DNA of 64,000 nucleotides from Patescibacteria group bacterium (GTDB taxonomy: Bacteria > Patescibacteriota > Dojkabacteria > GCA-002793355), in assembly GCA_016860985.1 (NCBI GenBank), contig BOKM01000001.1, positions 719,462-783,461 of the forward strand. Direction: 5' to 3'. Within the stretch, counting starts at the first letter, position 1. Every line of letters begins with the position of its first letter. Below the pieces are notes generated by a model. That model ran no database searches. It was not told the DNA's origin and was given only the letters and a program-made list of their open reading frames with translations. Below, one piece after another: positions 29,736 through 40,026 of this stretch. A program made the position numbers and the translations under genes.

Positions 29736-30473
29736 CTACAGTTTTTTAAGTACTTCAGTTTCTACATTGTAGATAAACATATCTTTGCCAAGCTCTTGCA
29801 TCTCTTCTGCTTCCCATTCGTTGTGGAGAAAAATGCTCGCACCACTTGGAACCTGCATTGCTCCGGTAACTAATTGTAGAAAAACTGTTGTAATGTCAGT
29901 TGTTTTCATGAACTCGTCTCGTTCGGCAACTGCCTCTGGGCCAACCGCTTCAATGATTGGAGTGTCGACACCACTTGGGTGAAGGTTATATACGGTAATT
30001 TCAGGATTCTCCGTCGCAAATGACTTCATATGAAGCCAAAGTGCTGCTTTTGGCGCTCCGTAAAGTCCATACCTCGGCCATCCTATATGTGTAGAATCTG
30101 TGAGAGTAGAAATAACCATTCCTCCATTAAGTTTTTGAGATAGGTGACATACGAGCTCCATAGGTCTTGCGTAATGTACGGAAAAAATCTGCTGATAATT
30201 CGCTTCATCCCACACATTCGCATCTTGCATAATAACCATACCTGCATTGTTTACGAGTAAATCAATATGCGCTTCTCCAACTGCATTGGTAAGTAATCTT
30301 TTGTCCAGAGGTTTAGAAAGGTCGATTAACAATTGCCTAAAGTTCTTGTGTGCAACCAGTTCTTTATTTTCTCGACGAGAAATGCCGTAAACTTTCCATC
30401 CGAGCTCGAGAAGTTGTCGGGCGAAGTCTTCTCCGATGCCGGAACTAGTACCTGTAATAATTGCAGTCTTCAT
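29736..30473 (-). CDS. SDR family oxidoreductase
   Basis: TGTSSGIG Rossmann motif, a catalytic Tyr-x3-Lys region, and NNAG. Confidence 0.8.
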   Translation of the reverse strand: MKTAIITGTSSGIGEDFARQLLELGWKVYGISRRENKELVAHKNFRQLLIDLSKPLDKRLLTNAVGEAHIDLLVNNAGMVIMQDANVWDEANYQQIFSVHYARPMELVCHLSQKLNGGMVISTLTDSTHIGWPRYGLYGAPKAALWLHMKSFATENPEITVYNLHPSGVDTPIIEAVGPEAVAERDEFMKTTDITTVFLQLVTGAMQVPSGASIFLHNEWEAEEMQELGKDMFIYNVETEVLKKL

Positions 30474-30486
30474 AGAGGAGTATACC

Positions 30487-30514
30487 GCGGATTTTTGCTA
30501 AGCAAAAATCCGCG
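30487..30514. other. perfect 13-bp-stem hairpin between thrS and the SDR gene
   Basis: CGCGGATTTTTGC taa GCAAAAATCCGCG; no flanking T-tract on either strand. Confidence 0.5.
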
Positions 30515-30532
30515 ATACAACAACCTGACAAT

Positions 30533-32314
30533 CTAAAGATCAATTGCCTTAGTGGCAATCTTCTCTTTGATTCGACTAATAGCGTCTTCAAGCGCTAAAC
30601 CATTGAGGTTCTCTCCTGTTCGAAGTCGTACACTAACCGTATTATTGGCAACTTCTTGCTTTCCAAGAATAAGCATGTACGGAATTTTTTGCTGCTGAGA
30701 AACCAGAATTCGTTTACCAAGTGTATTGTTATCCTCGTCAATTGATAATCTTACGCCGGGGATTGCCTCTTTAATTGCAGTGGCAACTTGTGCTGCATAT
30801 GCCTTTTGGTCTTCTCCTATTGGGATAATTACCACCTGTTCTGGGTGTAGCCAGACGGGGAAGTTGCCTGCATAGTGTTCAATTAAGAAAGCCATGACAC
30901 GTTCAATCGCGCCAATTGAGGATCGGTGGATAACGATTGCTTCTTTTTCTTGTCCATCTTCTGCGATGTAGTTCAGCTTAAATCGCTTTGGCATAACAAA
31001 GTCGTATTGCACTGTAAATGCCGTGTCTTCTTTGCCCAGTACATTCTTCATCTGCACGTCAATTTTTGGTCCGTAGAAAGCAGCTTCGTGTTCAGCTTCG
31101 TAGTACTCTGCGTGTCGTTCGTCTAACACTTCACGTAAGACGTTTTCAGCAAAATCCCATGCTGTGTCATCTTTGAAGTATTTCTTTTCGTCTGCACGAT
31201 CACCGAGTGAGAGCCTAAATCGGAAATTCTTTCCAGGTTCAAGCCCGAATGTCTTTGCGATGTCTTCGATTAGGTCAAGTACTTCAGAAATCATCTGCTT
31301 CGCTTGGTCAGGTTTGGCCACGATGTGTGCGTCTGCAAGACAAAAAGTTCTCACACGCATCAACCCAGAAAGTTCGCCCGATTTTTCGTAGCGATACAAC
31401 TGTGCAAGCTCAGCAATTCTCATTGGAAGTTCTCTGTAGCTTCGCTGTTTGCTCAAATACAACTCAAAATGATGTGGGCACGTCATGGGGCGAAGCATAA
31501 AGCGTTCTCCTTCATCTTCGATTGGTGCATACATACTTTCCTTGTAGTAAGGGTAATGCCCCGACTTCTCATACAACTGAATGCGAGCAATATCTGGAGT
31601 ATTAACATGAAGATAACCCCTTCTTATCTCTTCATCTACGATGTATCGTTCCAATTCACGTCGAACTGTTGCTCCACGTGGCGTCCAGAGTGGGAGACCT
31701 TTTCCAACGACTTCTGAGAATACAAAAAGGTCCAAATCTTTGCCGAGTTTTCGGTGATCTCTCATTTTTGCCTCCTCTAATCGCTTCAGGTAATCATCAA
31801 GTTCCTCTTGAGATTTAAACGAAACACCGTAAATACGTGTAAGCATTTCATTCTTTTCGTCGGCTCTCCAGTACGCACCGCCAATTGAAAGAAGTTTAAA
31901 GGCTTTTATTTCGCCCGTACTTTCGACATGTGGTCCTTTGCATAAGTCGACGTACTCGTCGCCAGTCCAATAAACTGTTACTTCTTTATCTGCTTGCGCA
32001 ATTTCTTCGAGCCATTCAAGTTTAAAGGGGTTATCTTTGAACAGTTCTTTAGCTTTTTCGTAAGTCACTACCTCTTTGCGGATTGGAAGATTTCGCTCAA
32101 TAATTTTCTTCATCTCTTTTTCAATTTTTTCGAGATCTTCAATAACTGGGGCCGTGTCCCAATGTGCATCGTTTGCGAAGCCATCTTCATCGATATGTGC
32201 GACGGCAAGCTTAATTTTGCCTGGGTAAAGTTTGGTTATGGCGTGGGCAAGTACGTGTTCACTGGAGTGCCAGAGTTTGTAGTGATACGAGTCTTCGAAT
32301 TTTTCTTGTTTCAT
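30533..32314 (-). CDS. thrS: threonine--tRNA ligase (lacks the N-terminal TGS domain)
   Basis: RDHRKLGKDLDLF, class II motifs (MTCPHH Zn-site region, YRYEKSGELSGLMRVRTFCLADAHI) and the anticodon-binding domain FPVWLHPEQVVIIPI. Confidence 0.9.
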   Translation of the reverse strand: MKQEKFEDSYHYKLWHSSEHVLAHAITKLYPGKIKLAVAHIDEDGFANDAHWDTAPVIEDLEKIEKEMKKIIERNLPIRKEVVTYEKAKELFKDNPFKLEWLEEIAQADKEVTVYWTGDEYVDLCKGPHVESTGEIKAFKLLSIGGAYWRADEKNEMLTRIYGVSFKSQEELDDYLKRLEEAKMRDHRKLGKDLDLFVFSEVVGKGLPLWTPRGATVRRELERYIVDEEIRRGYLHVNTPDIARIQLYEKSGHYPYYKESMYAPIEDEGERFMLRPMTCPHHFELYLSKQRSYRELPMRIAELAQLYRYEKSGELSGLMRVRTFCLADAHIVAKPDQAKQMISEVLDLIEDIAKTFGLEPGKNFRFRLSLGDRADEKKYFKDDTAWDFAENVLREVLDERHAEYYEAEHEAAFYGPKIDVQMKNVLGKEDTAFTVQYDFVMPKRFKLNYIAEDGQEKEAIVIHRSSIGAIERVMAFLIEHYAGNFPVWLHPEQVVIIPIGEDQKAYAAQVATAIKEAIPGVRLSIDEDNNTLGKRILVSQQQKIPYMLILGKQEVANNTVSVRLRTGENLNGLALEDAISRIKEKIATKAIDL

Positions 32315-32537
32315 ATTGGCTTGTAATAATTAATCAGTTTTCACCATATCTTCTCACACTTTTGCCTTTCTCGTAAGGTAGTGGAGTAACCCTAGAAATT
32401 TTTGTTGAAAATTTGCAACGATAAAAAGATTAACCCCGAAGGGTAGTGAACACGGTTGAAAATGTGACCCATGTTTGTTGCATTTGTAATTATACGCGCA
32501 TTCTGTATTTAAAAGCAAGTAAACGGTATAATACACT

Positions 32538-33599
32538 ATGGGGCAATCAGGAAGGGGAGAGTTAGACGACAAAACACTTTCAGTCAACGCTTTTTACGAA
32601 CAAGCAATAGAAAGGCAAGAAGACGGCACCTTGCTCATTATGAATGCGATAGAACCATGGATGAGCAAGCACGATGATATTGATGGGCAAATACTTCATA
32701 ATGCACTCTCTCGTATTACAGGCAAAGATACAACAATAGCCTTTTGGCCAACAGGTGGGAGCGAATCATTTGTTAGTGGAAAACTTCCACAACGAAATGC
32801 TCTGTTTGGGCTGAGTTATCCGTTTATTGTAGGTGCAAACATTAAACAGAACGGAACGAGTATCGGCGTAACGTACAGACATGAGGGGATTGCTGCTTAT
32901 GGTGTTGCTAGAGATCCCCGAAACAAAAGGAAGAGAGCAGAGGTCAAATCTTTACCTCGCTCAGTTATTGAAAGGCAAAGCCGTGGTTGCGAGATTACGG
33001 TTTCAGGAATCCCTGGATTCAGTGAAAACAACCTCCCACTTATTGTTCTTCGTGGCGCAACCAACCCTGAGGAGAATCATAAAGTCGTACTCGAGTCTGT
33101 CGTTGCTACAGAATGCCTAAAGGATATACCTTATGTAATCGAACGGACATACAGCAAAGTTGGTAATACTATGCGGTTGCAAGCCCTTCGCTTCATTCAC
33201 ACAGAGGCATATAAAACAAGCGATTTTAGTGAATATATCTCACTCTCAAACCCTGCGCGCGGCATGGTATTTCGCGGTAAAGAGGTTCAGTCGACAAACG
33301 GTACTATCTTGCTTGCAAAACATAAATCAGTACATGGAGAGTTTCTTGTTCCCATGGATTGTGATGTAGTAATTGCTAATGTAAACGAACAAGAAAACAA
33401 CCTGGCTTTGGAGGTGCGTTTTGAGCAATTTGAATGTCCTTCTCATACTCAAAATTTTAGTATTCCACTCTCTATTAGTCTTGAGTCTGCGCTGGTTCGG
33501 ACCTTTGCAGAATACGATCTTTGGAAGAATAAAGGGGTAGAGGGGTTGGCAACTTCAGTTTCTCAGATGTGGTCTGCTGTAGAGCTTGTTGCGCCATAG
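32538..33599 (+). CDS. hypothetical protein (353 aa, soluble)
   Basis: Long open frame with no recognisable motifs, divergent from thrS across a 223-bp spacer. Confidence 0.45.
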   Translation: MGQSGRGELDDKTLSVNAFYEQAIERQEDGTLLIMNAIEPWMSKHDDIDGQILHNALSRITGKDTTIAFWPTGGSESFVSGKLPQRNALFGLSYPFIVGANIKQNGTSIGVTYRHEGIAAYGVARDPRNKRKRAEVKSLPRSVIERQSRGCEITVSGIPGFSENNLPLIVLRGATNPEENHKVVLESVVATECLKDIPYVIERTYSKVGNTMRLQALRFIHTEAYKTSDFSEYISLSNPARGMVFRGKEVQSTNGTILLAKHKSVHGEFLVPMDCDVVIANVNEQENNLALEVRFEQFECPSHTQNFSIPLSISLESALVRTFAEYDLWKNKGVEGLATSVSQMWSAVELVAP

Positions 33600-33638
33600 A
33601 ATTGTTGTGTGTAGTGTCACTTCCAGCTATACTGGCGC

Positions 33639-34577
33639 ATGTCTGTTTTGTTTGAACTTCTTTTAATATTGGGCGGTATAGCAATTATGCTATACGGTGC
33701 AAATCTACTTGTTGGAAAAGCAGCCAAATTTGGAAGAGCAAAAAATTGGCCACCCGTGTTGGTAGGTATTACTGTTCTTGCCATGGGAACGTCTCTTCCT
33801 GAGCTTATTGTGAGTGTGCTTGCTGCCATTCAAGGGCACCCGTTGCTTGCTGCCGGAAATATCATTGGTAGTAACATTACAAATATTGGGTTAATCGTTG
33901 GTTTAGCAGCCACCTTGGGCGAAATCAAGTTGAGTAAAAAAACCGTAAATTACGATATCCCATTGAGTATTGCCCCTCTTGGGGTACTGGTGTTCGGCTT
34001 TATTCTCAAATCGACTCTAACAAGTTACTTTGGAATACTGCTTATTCTTGCGTACTTTGCATACGTAGGGATTACTGCAAAAGAATATGAAAGGCAAGAA
34101 CAAACAGCAGTAAAACGCCCACGCTTTACCATCCTCGATTTCGGTATTTTGCTTGCAGGACTTGCCATGTTACTTTCAGGTGGAGAACTCACGCTCCACT
34201 ATTCCGAGATATTCTTTACAAGGATTGGAGTATCAGAAACAGTTGTTGGGGCAGTACTTCTTGCTTTTGGAACATCCTTTCCTGAACTTGTGGCAACACT
34301 TACTGGGGTAGTCAAAAAAAATCCACAGATTGCGATTGGTAACATCTTGGGGTCAAACGTGTTTAATTCACTTTTCGTGCTTGGGTCTACCGCACTTTTT
34401 GCTCCTGTGCAGGTGAATAAGCTTCTCCCTGAAATTATATTTCTTGGCTTGATGTCTGGTTTATTCGTGCTTGCTGCAAAATTGGGGAGAAAGCATATAC
34501 TCTCAAAGAGTGAGGGGATAGCCCTCTTTTTTGCCTACATCGTTTATGTCTGCATTATGACTTTAATTATTAACTAA
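33639..34577 (+). CDS. CaCA-family cation/Ca2+ exchanger (YrbG-like)
   Basis: Two alpha-repeat motifs (GTSLPELIVSVLAA...GNIIGSNITNI and GTSFPELVATLTG...GNILGSNVFN). Confidence 0.8.
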   Translation: MSVLFELLLILGGIAIMLYGANLLVGKAAKFGRAKNWPPVLVGITVLAMGTSLPELIVSVLAAIQGHPLLAAGNIIGSNITNIGLIVGLAATLGEIKLSKKTVNYDIPLSIAPLGVLVFGFILKSTLTSYFGILLILAYFAYVGITAKEYERQEQTAVKRPRFTILDFGILLAGLAMLLSGGELTLHYSEIFFTRIGVSETVVGAVLLAFGTSFPELVATLTGVVKKNPQIAIGNILGSNVFNSLFVLGSTALFAPVQVNKLLPEIIFLGLMSGLFVLAAKLGRKHILSKSEGIALFFAYIVYVCIMTLIIN

Positions 34578-34584
34578 ACACGCA

Positions 34585-35148
34585 ATGGAAACGATTCAAC
34601 TTCTTTTGGGATTACTACTTGTGCTACTGGTGAGTGCTTTTTTTCTTCGCTCTTTTCTTCAACGGTTTCTTACGTATTTTGCATACATCCTCCTTGCAAT
34701 TGGAGGTGTCGGTGCCATACTCGGAGTATTTGCCACAAGACCTTTTGAGGCAATGGCATACCGAACACTACAAAAAAATGGCACGATAGAAACGATAAAA
34801 ACAATTGATTCGTATCTGAAGTTAGAAAGTGCAGTTGTGCCTGTTACGAATCTTGTTGAAAACATTAAAAATTGGTGGAACAAAACACCGTCTGCCGAAG
34901 TTGAAGATGTCGAAAAGATTGATGCTGCTAACGCTCCGCTGCTTGAGAAGAATCTTGTACCCGGATTAGTTACATCACTCATGAGTATTTATAAAAGTGT
35001 CACGCTTGTTTTGTCATTCGCACTTTTAGTCCTTGCCGTGTATTTGAATTACTTAAATGCTTCGGCTTCTGAAATCGCCGCACTTACCCGTAAGTATCAA
35101 CAACTGGAAGCAAAAATTTCTCAGTATGAAAAAGAAGGTCCAAAATAA
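34585..35148 (+). CDS. hypothetical membrane protein with C-terminal coiled coil
   Basis: Two or three TM helices; the C-terminus overlaps the umuD start. Confidence 0.4.
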   Translation: METIQLLLGLLLVLLVSAFFLRSFLQRFLTYFAYILLAIGGVGAILGVFATRPFEAMAYRTLQKNGTIETIKTIDSYLKLESAVVPVTNLVENIKNWWNKTPSAEVEDVEKIDAANAPLLEKNLVPGLVTSLMSIYKSVTLVLSFALLVLAVYLNYLNASASEIAALTRKYQQLEAKISQYEKEGPK

Positions 35149-35560
35149 GCAAAATATACCAATTGTTGCGGGAATCCCTGCAGGATTCCCGCTTCCTGCC
35201 TCATCGTTTTCTGAGTCATTAATGAATTTAAACGACTTGGTTGTTGAACATCCTGCAGCAACATATTTTATTCAAGTACAGGGGAGTTCAATGACAGGCG
35301 CCGGTATTAGCAGCGGGGATATTCTCGTTGTTGATCGGTCGCTGGAGTTTCGCAACAATGATATCGTTGTTGCAGTTCTTGATGGCGAATTTACCGTCAA
35401 GAGAGTTGGCTCACAAGGAGGAAAATCGTTTTTGATTGCCGAAAACAAGGAGTACAATCCTATCGAACTGCGTGAAGGAATGTCAGTACAGGTATGGGGC
35501 GTTGTTACCTTTGTGATTCACCGCGTTTCTGGCGCGAAACCTCTTGTCCGTAAAGAATAG
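35126..35560 (+). CDS. umuD: UmuD-like S24 self-cleaving peptidase (translesion polymerase accessory subunit)
   Basis: Cleavage-site AG (IVAGIPAG), Ser in VQGSSMTGAGI and Lys in EFTVKRV, with an S24 C-terminal beta-domain. Start MKKKVQNK at 35126. Confidence 0.7.
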   Translation: MKKKVQNKQNIPIVAGIPAGFPLPASSFSESLMNLNDLVVEHPAATYFIQVQGSSMTGAGISSGDILVVDRSLEFRNNDIVVAVLDGEFTVKRVGSQGGKSFLIAENKEYNPIELREGMSVQVWGVVTFVIHRVSGAKPLVRKE

Positions 35561-36722
35561 TAAAGATACCCATTCCAAGCAATAAGAATACTCCGAACAT
35601 AGATGCAAACGTATTTACCGAGGTCGCATCGATTATACGTCCACCAAAAAATACAACGAGAGTATAGGGGAGTGTGTAGAGCAGAGAAAAGGTTGAGAGC
35701 GCTGTAGCGCGGTTTTTTGAGGAAATTTCGTTATTCAGGAGTACGCTTCTAATATTTGCAAAGGTCGACGAAGAACTGATACGTCCCATAATGAGGGTCA
35801 TTCCGACAATTGGAGAAACAAACATTGCAGCAAGGTACGAGAGTAACATGAAACACCCTGCGGTTAAAGCAATACCAATATGAGAAAACTTATTTTGAAG
35901 CTTAGCAAAAAACTGAGCAAGTACTGCAGAAACAATGTAACCTCCGGTGAATAATAAACTGACCTGTGTCGCAGATAAATTGAACCCTTTTCCTTGAGAA
36001 ACTCCAAGAAATTCTGATGCGGTGTAATATCCCAATGTTCCGACCAAAAGCAGTAAAACCATGTATGCGATTCGACGTGTTTTAAATAGCTCGTGAAAGC
36101 CCGACATTGTTTGCTGTAGATACTGTTTGAAAGTAAAGCCTTTTTCGGTATCAACCGAGGGTTCGCGGAGTGCAAACAGAATAAGTAGAAGTGAGAGAAA
36201 ATAGAAGCCTGCCAGAAGTAAATAGGGGAGCCGATATGAATAGTCATATAACGCGCCTCCTGCAATGCCAGCGATTATGTAGGCAACCCAAGAGAGTGAC
36301 GTAATTTTTGCATTGACTACTCCATATTCTTTTTCCCTTCCGGCTCCTGCAAGCGAGTCGTAGGTTAAAGCTTCAAACGTACCCGAAGAGAGGGACTTAG
36401 CAATACCTTTAAGAAACTCGAGAACGAAAAATATCCAAAAATGTGTAAAGAATGGAGTAAGCGCAAGGCTAATCGTATAAAGCAGGTAACTTATCGCAAG
36501 CGTTTTCTTTTTTCCGAGAAGGTCGGCAATAGCTCCGGTTGGGATTTCGAATACAAGTTGCACAACTTGCTGCATTACCACTAATGTTGTAATTTCAGAG
36601 AAGGTAAGATATCGAGTGTAGAAAAATAGCCACACTGCCATGGTTAGGTAACACTCACCAAGAAAGGTTATAAGATAAATCCACTTGATATTGGTGGCCG
36701 AGTTTCCGTTTGTCGATTGCAT
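35505..36722 (-). CDS. MFS transporter
   Basis: 12 TM helices and an MFS-like loop motif GAIADLLGKKKTL. Confidence 0.75.
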   Translation of the reverse strand: MQSTNGNSATNIKWIYLITFLGECYLTMAVWLFFYTRYLTFSEITTLVVMQQVVQLVFEIPTGAIADLLGKKKTLAISYLLYTISLALTPFFTHFWIFFVLEFLKGIAKSLSSGTFEALTYDSLAGAGREKEYGVVNAKITSLSWVAYIIAGIAGGALYDYSYRLPYLLLAGFYFLSLLLILFALREPSVDTEKGFTFKQYLQQTMSGFHELFKTRRIAYMVLLLLVGTLGYYTASEFLGVSQGKGFNLSATQVSLLFTGGYIVSAVLAQFFAKLQNKFSHIGIALTAGCFMLLSYLAAMFVSPIVGMTLIMGRISSSSTFANIRSVLLNNEISSKNRATALSTFSLLYTLPYTLVVFFGGRIIDATSVNTFASMFGVFLLLGMGIFTILYGQEVSRQKRGESQR

Positions 36723-36759
36723 AAAGTATTTTACTCTACTTTCACAGTATAATCAGGTA

Positions 36760-37944
36760 ATGTATGCGGTTTTTGATGCAAACAACTTTTACGTGTCGTG
36801 TGAACGGGTGGTTCAACCATACTTGCAGAAAGTTCCCCTTGTCGTGGCGAATCCAGGAGGAATTGTTTTAGCGCGATCTAACGAAGCAAAGGCACTTGGT
36901 GTCAAAATGGCGGAACCACTTTTCAAAATTCAGGAGTTAGTAAAAGAAAAGGGAATTCATGTAGCGGAAACTCGTTTTGCGCTTTATACTGACCTCTCAA
37001 ATCGGATTGCATCGATACTTCACCTACATTTTTCTGAAGTAGAAGAGTACTCGATTGATGAAAGCTTCGTTCATTTTTCTTCTGTCTTTTCGGATGAAAA
37101 ATTAGAGTCAATTTGCCGTATGGTGAGAAAGCAAATATTAGATTGGGTCGGGGTTCCGGTATCTGTTGGCATTGCCCCAACTAAAACACTCGCAAAAGTG
37201 GCAGTTAAGCTCGCCAAAAAAGATGAATCTGGGGTAAAAGTTCTGTCAAACAAATCTGACATCGAAAATCAATTAAAAGCGTTACCCGTTGGGGATGTTT
37301 GGGGAATAGGAAGAGCGTTGAGTAAAAAATTGCCGGTGTATAACATTACAACCGCAGCGCACCTTGCTGCGCAAGACCCACTCCAAATTCGAAAGCAATT
37401 TTCTGTGACGTTGGCTTATACGATAAATGAACTTAATTGCCTGCCGTGTTTTACCCAGACCGTGTCACCAAAACCAGCCCAATCCCTTATGTGCACAGAG
37501 TCTTATCACGCCGAGATTACAGAGGTAGAAAATATAAGAGAAAAACTAAAGCACCTTGCAGAGAGAGCGGGTAGGCAACTACGTAAGCAAAAAGAAGTAG
37601 CGGGTGTCATGGGAATCTTTACGCGAGGAAATCGTTTTCACAAAGAGCGTGGGTACTTGGCCCTTCAGGCGATTACAACCTTTGCCCCGGCTTCTGCGGA
37701 TACTTCTGATTTTCTTGGATTTATCGACGAATCGATTGATAAGGTTTTTCCTTATGGTGCTCGTGTTAAGCGCGCGGGCGTATTCTTTTATAACCTTATC
37801 CCCGAAAAAGAAAGGCAAATGGGGCTTTTTGAAGCAGAAAACTCAATGAATCGTCAAAAAAGAGAACGTGCTCAAGCCGTTATTGATGAGATTGAAAAAA
37901 AGTGGGGTAAGAAACCAGCACCATTTCTAACCATTACAGTGTAG
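36760..37944 (+). CDS. umuC: Y-family DNA polymerase (UmuC/DinB-like)
   Basis: MYAVFDANNFYVSCERV...SIDESF...GIAPTKTLAKVA matches the Y-family palm and fingers motifs. Start at ATG 36760. Confidence 0.75.
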   Translation: MYAVFDANNFYVSCERVVQPYLQKVPLVVANPGGIVLARSNEAKALGVKMAEPLFKIQELVKEKGIHVAETRFALYTDLSNRIASILHLHFSEVEEYSIDESFVHFSSVFSDEKLESICRMVRKQILDWVGVPVSVGIAPTKTLAKVAVKLAKKDESGVKVLSNKSDIENQLKALPVGDVWGIGRALSKKLPVYNITTAAHLAAQDPLQIRKQFSVTLAYTINELNCLPCFTQTVSPKPAQSLMCTESYHAEITEVENIREKLKHLAERAGRQLRKQKEVAGVMGIFTRGNRFHKERGYLALQAITTFAPASADTSDFLGFIDESIDKVFPYGARVKRAGVFFYNLIPEKERQMGLFEAENSMNRQKRERAQAVIDEIEKKWGKKPAPFLTITV

Positions 37945-37981
37945 TATTTCGAAAAATTGGGCAAAATTGATATAATTCAGC

Positions 37982-38824
37982 ATGGCATTACGACAAGCCG
38001 AAACGGCAGTAGAACAATTTAGGCAGAATATTGGGTTAGTTCCTCAGCTGCAAAATTTTTATGAGTCAGGCTGCGATGAATGGGTCGGTGACGATAAGGA
38101 AAGCGGCGCGATGTATATCGGAAGAACGTATATTGGGTACCTTAAATGCCTCAAGGCCGTTGCAACTCTTTCAAATGCGGACGTAAAAAAAATAATAAAA
38201 ATCGAGCGCTTAATAGACGAAGACGATGCAAAAAGAGCAGCAGATGCAGGGCTAGAAGTTAATAAAGGATCTGCCGCAAAATTCTCTCATGGCGAGGTCC
38301 TTCGAATGCTCAACTCAAAAAAAAGGAACGAGTTGTTTGATCTCGCTCTTGCCGGCGCAGATGCCTCTTCTCCGATTTTTGCTGGTGCGGTACATGAATG
38401 TACTACACGTCTAGTAAAAGGGAGTGAATTAGTAGCGGCAGGTGAAAAACCTGGCGACGATAACCCGCTTTTTGATGCAGCGTATAGTGGTCATACAAGA
38501 GGTATTGCGCCGCGTACGATGGTACATTTTATTATTAGTCACTATCTTACGCGGACATTTCAAGCACGATATGACGGAGATCGAAAACTCGGGGAGCTTG
38601 CGTTTGATAAAGACGCGATGCATGGCTTGTTAAGTGTCGGCATTCGAATTCTGGTTGCTCGTGGGCAGTGTCCCCCTGAAATTGTTGAAATGTGGAATAG
38701 AACGAGAGCAGAGGGTGGATTACAGTGGCACAATGATAAGTATGATCCGAATAACAAACAGGACCCAAAGCAGCACTTTTACAATAAAGCGTTCCTAAAG
38801 AAGAAAAAGGAGGGTAAAAAATGA
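37982..38824 (+). CDS. hypothetical protein (280 aa)
   Basis: Soluble with a lysine-rich C-terminus; its stop overlaps the mnmA start (ATGA). Confidence 0.45.
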   Translation: MALRQAETAVEQFRQNIGLVPQLQNFYESGCDEWVGDDKESGAMYIGRTYIGYLKCLKAVATLSNADVKKIIKIERLIDEDDAKRAADAGLEVNKGSAAKFSHGEVLRMLNSKKRNELFDLALAGADASSPIFAGAVHECTTRLVKGSELVAAGEKPGDDNPLFDAAYSGHTRGIAPRTMVHFIISHYLTRTFQARYDGDRKLGELAFDKDAMHGLLSVGIRILVARGQCPPEIVEMWNRTRAEGGLQWHNDKYDPNNKQDPKQHFYNKAFLKKKKEGKK

Positions 38825-40026
38825 TACCTAGAATCTACGTCGCATTGTCAGGAGGTGTTGACAGTGCGGTAGCTGCTGCCTTACTCAAACGACAAGGTTA
38901 TGAGGTCGTAGGTGTGTACATGAAAAACTGGGCGGACGATTTTGGTATATCCGCAGATTGCCCGTGGGAAAAAGATGTAGAAGACGTAAAAAAAGTTGCT
39001 GAGCATTTAGGTATAGAATGGAAAGTCTTTAACTTTGAAAAGGAGTATAAAGAACGGATACTTGATTACTTTTTTGCAGAGTATAAAGCAGGTCGAACTC
39101 CTAATCCCGACATTCTTTGTAATAACCTAATCAAATTCGACCTCTTTGCGCAAAGAGCCTTTGCAGAGGGAGCGACTCACATTGCAACTGGGCACTATGC
39201 CCGAAGGCAAAGTAGCCAAGGGTTTCCTTGGGAAACACAAGGTGAGTTAGGGCTATTTACTGCGCTTGATCCGCAAAAAGATCAGTGTTACTTCTTGCAG
39301 CGATTGTCCAGCGACCAACTGAATCGTGCATTGTTCCCACTTGGGGGGTATTATAAGCAAGAGGTCCGTGCCATGGCACTTGACTTAGGGCTCCCTAACG
39401 CACAAAAGAAGGACAGCCAAGGTATTTGTTTTATCGGTGATATCGATGTAAGAGATTTCATTCGGCAACATTTGAGCAATAACCCAGGGAATATTATTGA
39501 AAGCGAGTCGGGTAGAGTAGTCGGAAAACATCAAGGTTTGTGGTTTTATACGATTGGTCAGCGTCAAGGAATCGGAGTAAGCAGCCCTGATATTCCATAT
39601 TATGTAGTAGAAAAACGTAAGGAGACAAACGAATTAGTAATTGCCAAAGGAAGAGAAAATAAACTCTTGCGAAAGCAGAAGCTTACACTTGGGGCATTGC
39701 ATTCGATTTCGGGGCAATTTCACGAGGGGCAAGCGGTTCAAGTATCTCTTCGCTATAGAGAGAATCCTATTCCGGCCGTTATCGAAGAAATTAACAACAG
39801 TAACGCAGTCATTGTTTCACAATCCAATAAGGGGTTTTGGGCTCCTGCTCTGGGACAAGGAGGGCTTTTCTATAAAAATGAAAATGTAGACAAACTTGCT
39901 GAGAAATCGGACGTTGAGAAAAATTCCGATGTCCTCTATAAATATTTCACAGACAGTGGAACAAGATCTCGTGTGCGATGCTTACAAGTACTCGGATCTG
40001 GAGTAGTAGAGGGGGCAAATGAGTAA
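38821..40026 (+). CDS. mnmA: tRNA 2-thiouridine(34) synthase MnmA with C-terminal extension
   Basis: PP-loop IYVALSGGVDSAVAA; catalytic Cys regions (DILCNNLIKF, CFIGDID). Confidence 0.85.
   Translation: MIPRIYVALSGGVDSAVAAALLKRQGYEVVGVYMKNWADDFGISADCPWEKDVEDVKKVAEHLGIEWKVFNFEKEYKERILDYFFAEYKAGRTPNPDILCNNLIKFDLFAQRAFAEGATHIATGHYARRQSSQGFPWETQGELGLFTALDPQKDQCYFLQRLSSDQLNRALFPLGGYYKQEVRAMALDLGLPNAQKKDSQGICFIGDIDVRDFIRQHLSNNPGNIIESESGRVVGKHQGLWFYTIGQRQGIGVSSPDIPYYVVEKRKETNELVIAKGRENKLLRKQKLTLGALHSISGQFHEGQAVQVSLRYRENPIPAVIEEINNSNAVIVSQSNKGFWAPALGQGGLFYKNENVDKLAEKSDVEKNSDVLYKYFTDSGTRSRVRCLQVLGSGVVEGANE

Noticed and set aside
32315-32537. Possible T-box riboswitch leader upstream of thrS (minus strand)
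   Set aside because: The reverse complement has no recognisable T-box consensus (AATTAGGGTGGNACCGCG) or specifier and antiterminator arrangement. The 223-bp spacer is treated as an ordinary divergent promoter region.
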